From: Octopus vulgaris
Taxonomy: Eukaryota
NCBI GenBank assembly: GCA_951406725.2
Contig: OX597835.1
Location: 15,066,001-15,130,000 of the forward strand
Length of the DNA: 64,000 nt
Reading direction: 5' to 3'
In this document: piece after piece, positions 11,299-25,917 of the stretch
Layout: the number at the start of each line of letters is the position of its first letter
Numbering within the stretch: the stretch's first letter is position 1
Made by a program: the position numbers and the translations under genes
Notes under the pieces: model-generated
Told to the model about the DNA's origin: nothing
The model's database searches: none
The model's input: the letters and a program-made list of their open reading frames with translations, nothing else

Positions 11299-11586
11299 TG
11301 TGTGTGTGTGTGTGTGTCCAAAGTATGAACACCACAACGCACGTGTTGAAAATCCTATCAGTGTTGAGAGGTCTTCGAGCGAACCAGGTTCGAATCCTGG
11401 CAGTCTAATACGATTTCATTTCACTCTTAAGAAAAAGTATGATGAGCACCACAACGTGTGTGTGTGTGTGTGAGTGAGTGTTGGAAACCCTTTCAGCGTT
11501 GAACAGGTTTCCGTGCGAGCCAGATTCGAACTCTGACCGACACCACTGCATTTTTCCTCTTGTGAAAAAGTATGAACGCCCCAACT
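11052..11586 (+). repeat. three diverged ~110-bp repeats carrying a tRNA T-arm/B-box
   Basis: Units at about 11052, 11348 and 11483; CCAGG-TTCGAAT-CCTGG; shared end CTCTT..AAAAGxATGA..CACCACAAC. Confidence 0.65.
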
Positions 11587-12325
11587 TAGCCGCCAGCCAC
11601 CAATTCCACCCCGACTTCCATGAATATTTCATGTACCATACTTCTCTCAGAGAGAAAAAAAAAGTTATGACGGGTTGACACGAGTTACTCAAAATAGATC
11701 TTCTATATTTATTATTTAAACAGACCCTCGCCGACCTGCGTTCGAATCCCAGGAACGTCAGTTTAATTTTCATCTTTCTTTTTCTTATAAATAAGTTTAA
11801 AATAAATATAATAAGGTCTGAATATTGTTCTGTGAGTGAATACCAGAATATAAAACGATTAGGTCGACCTCTTTCGTTTCTTAGTTTCAAAAACAAAGAT
11901 ACTAATTTTAAAAGGTTGTCCACTTATTCTTCCAAGATCTACCGAAAAAGGCATCGTTGGCTCACGTTCTAATTAATCCCATTAGCTAAAACCGTTATTT
12001 ATATTATATTATGTAGCAATGCCGTGCAGTGATGGTACGTTATCGCCAAACTGATTTGGAGATCCGGTTTCGTTTTCAGAGTTAGGACCACTATATTTCA
12101 TTTCATTTGATTAACGAAAAAGTATAAAGGAAACCTAATGTTGTGTGTATAAATATACACATATATATTTTTTTTTATATATGAATTAATATACGTATAT
12201 CTATATGGTGTTAGACTTCGGTTGTTACTTAAGAAACATATTATCGTAGCCCTGAGCTAAACGTTCTTCTAACCTTCCTTGCTGAAAGTTTTAATTTCTA
12301 AGAAGGAAATCATTTAGTTTCTTAC

Positions 12326-12850
12326 CTTGGGTCTCCAAGATGGAATAGTTGGGTAATAATACAAGACTTGCAGTAATCCGTGGAAATGGTAATAATAGTA
12401 ATAACAATAATAATAGAGTTCGAATCCGAAAGTGAAGAAAGTAGCGAATTCCTTAGAGAGGTAACACCCGAGTAGTTCCAACGTTCCTGCGACGGGCTGG
12501 TGTTGCCCTTTCTGGAGGTAGTCTAAAGAAACGGTTACAACACGCTGCCTCGACTCCCACTCGTGCGACATACCAACATTGTGTCGGCGTACGTGAATAT
12601 CTCTCTCCCTCACTGTCAAAGACTTTGTGTTTGTTAGTCTAATGTGTGCGTGCGTGTGGTGTCAGCGCGCGCGTGTATGTTGTGTGTGTGTGTGTGAGTG
12701 GATGGATGGATAGTGAGAGCGAGAGAGAAAGAGAGTGTGCATCAGGAGTAACAGAGAGAGAAAACGGTAGAGAGAAAGAATGAAAGAATTGGTGGGGGGA
12801 ACAGGAGGTGAGTGAATATAAGTCTGCGACTGCCGCGTTACTGGAAGTAT
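12326..12850 (-). other. candidate first (5'UTR or non-coding) exon; 5' start uncertain
   Basis: Consensus donor AAG|GTAAGA at 12326/12325; unique, CpG-containing sequence. Confidence 0.4.
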
Positions 12851-12891
12851 CTTATGTTTGGGCTATTTAGGTACGTGTGTGGCTGTTAGTC

Positions 12892-12925
<34 letters not shown>

Positions 12926-13298
12926 AATATATATATATATATCTGTTGTATGTGTGTGTGCACGTCTATACACGTTTACATATATACGTTTATTTACTTG
13001 AAGTGAGGAAACGGTTAGCTTCTCGCAGAGTCTCTACTGTAGATGCTGACTCACAAGTTCCTTTCTCCCACCTCCACTTCAGTTCAACTACAGATGTACG
13101 CATGACATCCGCACACAGAACCTAACATAAACACACACACACACATGTTCGTACACACACACAGTTATATACATACACATATAACTACGAACAAGCCAAC
13201 GAGTTGCATAAAGGCGAACACACGTATACATACATACACACACACACATCTATAAACACACACACATACTCAAACATATATATTTATATACATCCCAT

Positions 13299-13740
<442 letters not shown>

Positions 13741-13952
13741 TATATACACGTATCTAACAGAAGGCCAATGAATTGTATAAACTAAGGCCTACACACACAC
13801 ACACACACACACACACATCCACGTACAAACACTCTCTAATATACACACACAGCATATAAACTTTATCCGCCACTGTTTTTCTTCGTTCGTTCTCCACGCC
13901 GTCTTCCCTCCTCCACCGTATCTACCCTCCACCTTCTCCTCAAACTGACATT

Positions 13953-14035
<83 letters not shown>

Positions 14036-14099
14036 GCACACATACACACATCGACTGGAATGATATTATGTATGTGTGTGTGTGTATAACAGTCTGTGT

Positions 14100-14300
14100 G
14101 TGTGTGTGTGTGAGTGTGTTACTTACACCCGACTGTAGGTCTATCGCGCGCTTCTCTACTCGCGTCAACGCTCCATTCATTTTTAGCTTTTCCTTCGCCA
14201 GAAACGTGTGTGTCGTGAACGCGCGCACTACGCGTGTGAAACTGTGTGTGCGTGTGTTTGAGGGAGAGAGAGATAGAGCGGGGTGGGTGGGTAGCTGTGT
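14100..14300. promoter_or_regulatory. CpG-rich candidate promoter/enhancer
   Basis: Locally dense CpG (ATCGCGCGC, CTCGCGTC, ACGCGCGCAC) upstream of the candidate minus-strand exon. Confidence 0.25.
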
Positions 14301-14479
14301 GTGTGTGTGTGAGCTTTCTAAGTATATGTCAGAGAATAAAGTTTGAAGGAGAAAGAGAGTGGGGAATAATAAAAGAGAAGTAATGAAACGGGAGGGAAAA
14401 TGTGGAAGAGTGATGGGGAAAGACTGTGACAGAGAGTGTGAGAGAAGGTTTGGAAATGTAGATGGAGAGACAAACAGAA

Positions 14480-14534
14480 GGATGGATAGATAGATAGACG
14501 TATATAGATAGACAGATAGATAGATAGATGGATG

Positions 14535-14608
<74 letters not shown>

Positions 14609-14623
14609 CGTATATAGATAGAC

Positions 14624-14675
<52 letters not shown>

Positions 14676-14688
14676 GGATGGATAGAAG

Positions 14689-14750
<62 letters not shown>

Positions 14751-14798
14751 CGTATATAGATAGACAGATAGATAGATAGATAGATGGATGGATAGAAG

Positions 14799-14860
<62 letters not shown>

Positions 14861-14896
14861 CGTATATAGATAGATAGATAGATAGATAGATAGATG

Positions 14897-14955
<59 letters not shown>

Positions 14956-15024
14956 GGATAGATAGATAGATAGACAGAAGAATAAATAGATAGATAGAGA
15001 GACAGATAGATAGACAAGAGAGAC

Positions 15025-15106
<82 letters not shown>

Positions 15107-15426
15107 ATACATAGAGAGAGAGAGATAGACAGATACATAGATAGGGACATATATATGTATACATATACATATATACACACATAATACATGCATAGACACA
15201 CGTATATACACACATGCATACACACATACAAATATACATACATACATACATCCGTACATACGTATATACATACACACACATACTTACATACATAAATGCA
15301 CATACATATATACATAGGCACACGCATACATACATACATACATACATACATACATACATACATACATACATACATACATACATACATACATACATACATA
15401 CATACATACACACCTACATACATACA
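14480..15426. repeat. (GATA)n / (CATA)n compound microsatellite
   Basis: Read directly from the sequence. Confidence 0.95.
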
Positions 15427-15747
15427 TTTGAAACGAAAAAAAAAGCGATCTTAAGCCAGCAAAAATAGATTGATGGATTGATTGATTGATCCATCGATTG
15501 ATAGATTGATTGATAAACAAAGAAAAAAATCTGACAGAAAAGTGTAAACCTTGTAATTTTAGTTGTTATACCTTTGATTTTGCTGCTTCAGCGAATGTGG
15601 GCATCACAAGAACAACCGGGGTGGGGATAGGACTCGAACTGACACACGCTCGTTCACACGCTCACACAAACACACATACATGCCAACATACCTCCTTGTA
15701 TATAGGTATATGTGCGTAAGCACATGGATATATATATATATATATGG

Positions 15748-15881
<134 letters not shown>

Positions 15882-16480
15882 TAAGGGTACAGGTGTGTGT
15901 ATATATATATGTGTATATACATATGTGTATACACACATATGTATGTCTGTGTAAATGCATATATATGTATACACACACACATATATATATATACATATAT
16001 ATGCATTTACACAGACATACATATGTTTGTATACACATATATATATATACACACCAGTACTCTTATACATACCTACCTAACTACCTGCCAACCATCTACA
16101 TATATATATACACACACACACACATATATGTATGTATTCACGTAGTATATATGTATTATAAACGTACATGCATGCATTTACACATACACACAGGCAAGCA
16201 CGGCCACATATACATACATGCCTACATACATATACACACAAGCATACACGTGCACGCATCCATACCTGCGTATATGTCTATATAATTATGCTAACGTTTA
16301 TAAATACACGTTGCTCCGCAGATGTATAATGACACTTAATAACACTAATTGTTTGTGTTTAGAATTTTACATGGATTACGAAAATATATATGTAAGTAGG
16401 TGTTTATATATATGTATGTGTATGTGTGTGTGTGTGTGTGTGTGTCTGTCTGTCTGTCTAAATATATATATATATATATA

Positions 16481-16770
16481 TATAAGAAAAAAGGTTTGAA
16501 AATGCAATTTAAACGATGTTTATTTACTTAACCGGTTTCACTCTTTAGTAAAAGATTGTCAAAAGTTACATTTAAGGAAACATTGAATAATATGGGTTCA
16601 AACCATATTTTTTGAACCCATATTATTCAATGTTTCCTTAAATGTAACTTTTGACAATCTTTTACCAAAGAGTGAAACCGGTTAAGTAAATAAACATCGT
16701 TTAAATTGCATTTTCAAACCTTTTTTCTTATATAATCCCACTCGTGCGATACCCCACAACTCAACTTTTT
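16481..16770 (+). mobile_element. fold-back Penelope-like element in (TA)n
   Basis: 122-bp arms (16481-16602 / 16611-16732, one mismatch seen), 38-nt one-sided extension, TA flanks. Confidence 0.75.
16647..16687 (+). ncRNA. minimal type I hammerhead, U3-A8 variant
   Basis: ACTT TTGACAA TCTTT-TACC-AAAGA GT GAAA CCGG T T AAGT; palindromic stem III; mirror copy on the minus strand in the left arm. Confidence 0.6.
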
Positions 16771-16787
16771 TATATATATATATATAT

Positions 16788-17130
16788 ATCAACAATCAAG
16801 GAACGGCCATAATAGGCCATTCACCCACTAGAAATAACAGCCAAAGCTTCAACTGCAAATAAAAATTAATTCCGTAAACCAGGAGAAAATTTAAAAAATT
16901 TTAAAAAATTTTAAAAAATTTAAAAAAATTTAAAAAATTTAAAAATTTAAAAATTTTATTTGCGGTTGAAGCTTTGGCTGTTATTTCTAGTGGGTGAATG
17001 GCCTATTATGGCCGTTCCTTGATTGTTGATGTTGAACTTAAAAATGGTCTATGACTATTTAATTTTTTCCCACTAGGCCGCTGGTGGCAGAAGAATTCTA
17101 CAAAATTTTTTTTTTGCCACCCTATATTGA

Positions 17131-17137
<7 letters not shown>
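16788..17137 (+). mobile_element. fold-back element in (TA)n
   Basis: 77-bp arms 16788-16864 / 16954-17030, loop with AAAAATTT repeats, 3' extension with a GGTGGCA...TGCCACC hairpin. Confidence 0.65.
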
Positions 17138-17214
<77 letters not shown>

Positions 17215-17222
17215 TTATGTAT

Positions 17223-17661
17223 AGGCGAGGAGTGGCTGTGTGGTAAGTAGCTTGCTTATCAACCACATGGTCCCGGGTTCAGTCTCACTGTGTGGCACCT
17301 TGGGGCAAGTGTCTTCTACCACAGCTTCGGGCCGGCCAAAGCCTTCTGAGTGGATTTGGTAGACAGAAACTGAAAGAAGCCCGTCGTACATATCTACATA
17401 TCTATATATGTGTATGTTTGTGTGCCTGTGCTTGTGTATGTATGTATGTATGTTTGTTTGTTTGTTTGTGTGTATCCTCCCACCATCGCTGGACAACTGA
17501 TGCTGGTGTCGTTTACATCCCCATAACTTAGCGGTTCGGCAAAAGAGAACGATAGAATAAGTACTAGGCTTACAAAGGATTAAGTCCTGGGGTCGATTTG
17601 TTCGGCTAAAAGCGGTGCTCTAGCGTGGCCGCAGTCAAATGACTGAAACAAATAAAAGAAT
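17223..17661 (+). mobile_element. SINE family A
   Basis: Full-length copy. Confidence 0.9.
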
Positions 17662-18084
17662 AAAATATACATACATAAATACATATGTATATTGAGAAAT
17701 TGATAGATAAGAACAGATTGCTTATGTGCATTCTTCATGTGTGTGTGTGTGTGTGTGTGCACGTGTTCATGCGCACAAGTACATGTATGTATACACACTC
17801 ACACAGACAGCCACGCGCACATGCACCCGGGCACACATCTGCGCGCGCATACACTCAAGGACACACAAACCTACATGCTCGTGCTGACATACATACACAC
17901 TCGCGTAGAAACACACACGTATATACACACATGCAAATGTGCTCACACATTAACGCATACATGCCGAAAGGTATCTCTGTATACATACATGCATGAAAAT
18001 AGTGTATGCGAGGTGGTGCTGCCTTTAGGGGTGTCGCGAAAGGCCTGGGTGGAGGCCCGACCCCCCGGGTTTAGAAAAACCGCT

Positions 18085-18194
18085 GCAATAAATGTGTGAA
18101 TCTGAGAGGGGAATATGTGACATAAAATCGTGATTAACTGATCCTCTTGTATTTTCTTTTGCGCAAATCCAGAAACTTTGCGGCACCCCCTCGT
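18085..18194 (+). mobile_element. mariner 3' end relic
   Basis: Encodes KCVNLRGEYV (mariner transposase C-terminus-like), then TIR-like AAACTTTGCGGCACCCCCTCG-TA. Confidence 0.55.
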
Positions 18195-18198
18195 ATAT

Positions 18199-19022
18199 AT
18201 TCTTTTCGATTCTAGGCACAAGGCCTGAAATTTTGGGGGAGGGGAGAGCCAGTTGATTAGATCGACCCCAGTACCCAACTGGTAATTAATTTACCGACAG
18301 GATGAAAGGCAAAGTCGACGTCGGTGGAATTTCAACTCAGAACGTAACGGCAGACGAAATACTGCTAAGCATTTCACCCGGCGTACTAACGTTTCTTATT
18401 TCTTTACTGCCCACAAAGGGTTACACACAGAGGGGACAAACAAGGACAGACAAAGGGATTAAGTCGATTATATCGACCCAGTTCGTAACTGGTACTTATT
18501 TAATCGACCCCGAAAGGATGAAAGGCAAAGTTGACCTCGGCAGGATTTGAACTCAGAATGTAACGGCAGACGAAATACTTATTTCTTTACTCGCCACAAG
18601 GGGCTAAACACAGAGAGGACAAACAAGGACAGACAAAGGGATTAAGTTGATTACATCGACTCCAGTGCGTAACTGGTACTTAATTTATCGATCCCGAAAG
18701 GATGAGAAGCAAAGTCGACCTCGGCGGAATTTGAACTCAGAACGTAGCGGCAGACGGAATACCTATTTCTTTATTACCCACAAGGGGCTAAACACAGAGG
18801 GGACAAACAAGGACAGACAAACGGATTAAGTCGATTATATCGACTCCATTGTGTAACTGGTACTTATTTAATCGACCCCGAAATGATGAAAGGCAAAGTC
18901 GACCTCGGCGGAATTTAAACTCAGAACGTAGCGGCAGACGGAATACCTATTTCTTTACTACCCACAAGGGGCTACACACAGAGGGAACAAACAAGGACAG
19001 ACAAACGGATTAAGTCGATTAT
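18199..19022 (-). mobile_element. tandem array of SINE family C
   Basis: Junctions at 18397, 18580, 18764 and 18948; unit about 184 bp. Confidence 0.9.
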
Positions 19023-19034
19023 ATATATATATAC

Positions 19035-19069
<35 letters not shown>

Positions 19070-19301
19070 TAATTATATACATATATATATACATATATAT
19101 ATACATATATACATACATATATATACATACGTATATACATATATACATACATATATATATATACATACATATATACATATATACATACATATATACATAC
19201 ACATATATATATGTATATATTTATATATATATACATACATATATACATATATACATACATATATATATATATACATACATATATACATACATACATATAT
19301 G

Positions 19302-19333
<32 letters not shown>

Positions 19334-19334
19334 A

Positions 19335-19665
19335 TAATTCTCTAAAAGGGATATAGACAGTAACTGCTCGATAACATAAGGGACTAAAGCCATCTGAATA
19401 TGGCTAGGGACAGGGCAGGGTGGTGGGTGTGTTACTGCTGCATTTAGCCCCAGGCGAACATCGACGTCACCAGAAAGCTCGACACCGTCACGGTGCCTTA
19501 ACCTGCAAAGGGAGGGGAATTACCTCCCTTTGCAGGTTAAGGGCACCGTGACGGTGTCGAGCCTTTCTGGTGACGTCGATGTTCGCCTGGGGCTAAATGC
19601 AGCAGTAACACACCCACCACCCTGCCCTGTCCCTAGCCATATTCAGATGGCTTTAGTCCCTTATG

Positions 19666-19669
<4 letters not shown>
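19335..19669 (-). mobile_element. GC-rich fold-back element in (TA)n
   Basis: About 145-bp arms 19371-19515 / 19523-19669, 7-nt loop, 36-nt extension on the left only. Confidence 0.7.
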
Positions 19670-19707
<38 letters not shown>

Positions 19708-19708
19708 G

Positions 19709-19746
<38 letters not shown>

Positions 19747-20649
19747 AACATACATAAATAACCTCTGAGTGCTAAATTTTAAATGGCGGTGCCCCAGCAT
19801 GGCCACAGCTCAAGAGCTGAAACTGGAAAACATAAACATAAGCATACATATATATATACATCTCTCTCTCTCTCTCTCTCTCTCTACTCTCTCTCCTCTT
19901 TCTCCCTCTGTCACTCCTTCTCTCTCCCATCCCACTATCTCTCTCTCACCACCTCATCTCCCTCTTTACTCTCTCTATCTCTCTTTTCTTCCCCTTCTTC
20001 CCCTTCTACCGCTTCTACTCTCTCCCTCCCTCCCTCTCCCTTCATCCTACTCCCTCCACCTTCCAATACCAACACAGGTCGTTTATATTTGCAACGTGCA
20101 CTCATGACTTGGATGGAGCTGAACTAGATTTTAACCGCTTTCTTTCCCAACTAAATACATGTAGACATGTGTGTTAATGTAGTTAGCAAGAACTTCTTGT
20201 ATGTGTGTGTGTGTGTTACTGTATGTGTGTATATGTGTATGCGTGCATGTGTATGTATGTATGCAGAGACATACGCATACGCACACATGCAAACACACAG
20301 ACATACGCATATAAACACGCACACACAGACACAAATACTTACACACATACACACACATATATATGCATACATACAAAAATATGTGTGCATGTGTATATGT
20401 ATCTATATGCCTGTGTTTAAATACATGTATATACATGCATACATATATATAGAGAGAGAGAGAAACATGCATGCATATACACATGCATCGAGGTATACAC
20501 ACACACATGCACACATACACACTCATACATGTGTGTGTGCGTCTCTATGTATGTACACAAGTACACACACACACACACATATATATATACATACATACAT
20601 ATACATATATACATACATACATACATACATACATACATACATACATACA

Positions 20650-20681
<32 letters not shown>

Positions 20682-20999
20682 CTCACACACACTCACACAC
20701 ACTCGCACACATATACATGTACACAAACACACATTCATGCAAGGGTGTACACGTGATATGCATGAGGAAGTCTGTATACTGATATTGAGTATCTGCACTT
20801 CCTTGTATATTTATCCTTGATATCTTCGCATGTGGTTTGAATTATATCATTTTAGCTCTACTTCAGCACATTGAGCACTCTCTGTCCGTTATATAAATCT
20901 GTACCGAAAGATTAGAGTTCGCTAGGACCTTAACATTTCCCGAATACATTTCTCTTTCTATTGACTTCGAAGAGTCACGTCAGAAAGATCCTGCTATGG

Positions 21000-22030
<1,031 letters not shown>

Positions 22031-22055
22031 TAGTTTTGACTATTATTTCCAGTAG

Positions 22056-22260
22056 GTAGATATACTCAGTATGTCCTTCTCTGTCTTCTCTTCTCTGGAT
22101 CTTTCCTACTCCTATGTTTCCGACGAAGAGCTCCGCTCGAAACGTTAAACCCTCCTTCTTTCCTTCTTTCCTTCTTTCCTGAGCGTCCAATAATACTATA
22201 TTTGTTCCACGTCCTCGCGTTGTTGTGTTTTTTTGTGCTTTCATGTTTGGATTAACTATA
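22056..22260 (+). mobile_element. Penelope-like short element with hammerhead (22116-22150)
   Basis: GTTT CCGACGA A GAGC-TCC-GCTC GAAA CG T T AAAC; ends in (TA)n. Confidence 0.7.
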
Positions 22261-22274
22261 TATATATATATCGT

Positions 22275-22470
22275 TAATCAAGAAAAAAAAATACAAATAC
22301 GCGGGTACGTGGTACATGCAAAGTATTAGTAGACGTTCAGTGAAGGAAAGAAAGGTAGTTTTACGTTTCGAGCAAAGCTCTTCTTCAAGAACAGGAAACA
22401 GATGATGGGCCAAGACTAAAGGAAGACTGAGGGGGAAAAGTCGCCAACGATCCGCATGTAGTTACATTTT
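22275..22470 (-). mobile_element. Penelope-like short element with hammerhead (22357-22392)
   Basis: Minus strand GTTC TTGAAGA A GAGC-TTT-GCTC GAAA CG T A AAAC. Confidence 0.6.
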
Positions 22471-22522
22471 GAAAAAAAAATGTGTGTGTGTGTGTGTGTG
22501 TGCATATATGTATGTATGTATG

Positions 22523-23135
22523 TATATATACTGTATATACTCTCATGCGAATCATTTCAACTGTTTCAGCTAAGGTATTTGTCAAAGTCTGTATTTTTGT
22601 GCAGTTGTTGGCAAGAAGAGCTAAGTCACCAGCAAAGTCTAAATCTTTCCCTTTCATTCTTCAGCATTTTAAGCCTTGCCCACAGGCTTCCGATAACTTT
22701 CTAAGAACGTAATCTGAGATTACCAAGAAACAGAATTGGGATAGGATGTATCTTTGTTGCACTCCTGATAGGATTGGAAAAAGAAACTCAGTAAATCCTG
22801 ATTCTGCTTTTAAACAATAAATCTGTTCTTACTCAATAAATCCCGATTCGGTCTTGATAAAGTGATATAAAGATTTTGATATATCGATAAGAGTGACTGG
22901 TGGCAGTGTACACTATCAAAGGCTTTTTTTGAAGTCAACACAATTTATCACTACCAGGGCAGTACCGTCCGTGTACAGCTTCGATCATTAATGACTTTCC
23001 CAGGAGGATATTGAAGTTCTATTTTCATTTAATTTCCAAATTTGTTTGGATAGGTTGGTGACATTTTTCTTAGAAGGAAAAGATATAATTTAAACAGCGG
23101 TATTTTAATCCATCTACCACTAACATAATGTAAAA
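22523..23135 (-). mobile_element. decayed RTE-like LINE RT
   Basis: VVINCVDFKK/AFDSVH, SGVQQRYILS, DLDFAGDLALL motifs; 22978-23131 has a diverged copy at about 25095-25242. Confidence 0.8.
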
Positions 23136-23141
23136 GTTGTA

Positions 23142-23225
<84 letters not shown>

Positions 23226-23329
23226 GGACAGACAGGTAGACAAACAGACAGACAGACAGACAGATAGATAGAGAGATAGATAGATAGATATAGATAGATA
23301 GATAAATACATAGATAGATATAGATAGAT

Positions 23330-23392
<63 letters not shown>

Positions 23393-23516
23393 CACGCACA
23401 CATTATTTCGTGTTAGAGTTAAGAATTTCGACTCGAGTCAAATGTAACAAACTACTCCAAGTCGTTGTCAGACTATCCGCGTGAGTGGAGTCAAAACCGG
23501 CATCGAGTTGTGTTAA

Positions 23517-23650
23517 TTGTACTAATGAAGTCAAACCAAAAGGTGGTATTTTGAAATCATTTAATACGCACGTTTCACGTGGACGTAATAAATATATAAT
23601 AGGAGATGCATCCATTGCGTAAACCTTTTGGTTTGACTTTATTATTACAA
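23517..23650. repeat. about 28-bp inverted repeat with a 78-nt spacer
   Basis: Perfect core AAGTCAAACCAAAAGGT / ACCTTTTGGTTTGACTT. Confidence 0.75.
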
Positions 23651-23688
<38 letters not shown>

Positions 23689-24079
23689 GTATCAAACAAG
23701 GTCGGAAATAGTACTCGACTACCAAAGACAGAGTGAAATCAAAAATAGCTACCCAACCAGCTTTAAATTCTTACTCGCTGACCTGGTATCCATAAGTGCT
23801 TATTTATACACACCATTTATAAAATATCTTTACTAAGATGTAATATTAGAACTGTCTCATGATTGGTCACGTGAAACTGAGTAATAGTTTGTGAAATTTT
23901 TTCAGCTTTAATAAAATAGTATGTGCGTGTTTATGATAGTATTTGTATTATAATGTGTTTTATATTTTAATTGGTGCCGACATTATCTAATACAGGACTC
24001 AATACGTGATCGGCCGAAGGCAAAACTCAAATAGAGTATACACATACATACGCATATTCTTTCATACATATATTAGTGT

Positions 24080-24453
<374 letters not shown>

Positions 24454-25351
24454 CATACATATGTATATATACACATATATACATACATATGCATATATAT
24501 ATAATTGAAATTGCTTTTACAAATAAAAAAAACGCAATCAGTAGAGTGATGTGTTCGTTGTATTGTAGTCGCAGTAAATCACTTTGTGATCTGGCTTTTA
24601 AAGTTTCGTGTCTTTTAGAAAACTTTGCTTATAGCAATCATCAGATGGATGTAAAAAGTTTTTTGTCTTAATAATACATGAAGTTGACATTATAATACTG
24701 TATTAGTGATTCGGTATGCTAATGTCAATGTTGTATTAGTATACGTGCGTTACAAAGTATGACTTGGGTGTATCAACTCCCGACTGCACATGCGCGAAGT
24801 ATACGAAACATACCCCGTCGTTTCTTTGAGAGTGGCCAATTCGTTTATTGTAGGTAACCAGGTTTCAAAATCTTGTAAAATTCTAAAATGTTGAAATGAA
24901 TTCTGTTTTGATGAACTTCAGTTTACTCTGAATGTATTGTGTTTTTTCTAGAATTCTACGAAAACTCTAGTGTCTGCATTTGTAGAAAATCTTATATTTG
25001 ACGTTTAAGTAATTCTCTTGATTATTAAGATATATTAGTATAGAAATATTTTCAGGATTGCATTAGCTACAGGTTATTGCTCCGTTCGTGTACTGCTTCG
25101 ATCATTCAAGAATTTCCTATGTATATTGAATTTTGTTCTATCATTCAGTTTCCAAATTCGTTTAGATGATTTGGTGACATTTTTCTTTGAAGAAAAAATG
25201 TAATTCAAATAATAGTATATAAAACCATCTGCTACTATTCAGACATAATATTTGCTCTCGGTATCTAAGCTTTGTTCCGTGGTAACTGTTCGTAGGTAAT
25301 TATCTTTGCGTTACATGCATGTTAAATTAAGAGATATGATTTTGTTATGTA

Positions 25352-25917
25352 TTGGGTTGTCCGGAAAGTTCGTGCCGATTTATAGTAGCTTACCTTTCGA
25401 CTTACTTTAGAACATGGCTGAGTCCATAAAATAGGAGTTGACTACACCTCCATTTAGAGCATAGCTTAAGCTATCTTTTCGTGGAAGAAGGTTTATGTTC
25501 CTATAACCTGTGTTAATTCTGTAACCCTTTAAAATGGAAGATAAGAAAGTTCATTTTCGGCACTTGATGCTTTGGGAACCAGACAAAAATTGCTGCAGCT
25601 CGGCTGGGATGTGTTACCCCACTCTCCATATTCACCAGATATTGCTCCTTCAGATTTCCACTTATTCAGGTCTCTGCAGAATAGTCTTAATGGTAAAAAT
25701 TTCAATTCCTTGGATGACGTAAAAAGATACCTTGATGAATTCTTTGCCCCGAAACCACATCAATTCTGGGAAGAGGGTATTTTCAAGTTAAAGGAAAGAT
25801 GGAGACGCATTGTGCAACAAAATGGTTCATATTTGGTTTATTAAAAATGTAATGGCAAGTATTTATTGACCTTTTTCTTTCCTTTAAAAATTCGCACGAA
25901 CTTTCCGGACAACCCAC
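25352..25917 (+). mobile_element. internally deleted mariner transposon
   Basis: TA TSD; TIRs TTGGGTTGTCCGGAAAGTTCGTGC / GCACGAACTTTCCGGACAACCCA; transposase N-terminus MEDKKVHFRHLMLWE joined out of frame to C-terminus PHSPYSPDIAPSDFHLF...GSY. Confidence 0.95.

Noticed and set aside
12326-12452. Signal-peptide-like frame IRTLLLLLLLLLPFPRITASLV before the donor site
   Set aside because: It has an in-frame TAA upstream and no ATG, and the Leu run comes from a TTA microsatellite. It is viable only with an unproven upstream exon.
13863-15423. Long ORFs (up to 516 aa) of YLSI, YI, CV, HT, poly-I or poly-T type here and throughout the window
   Set aside because: They are translations of stop-free microsatellites with no protein-like complexity.
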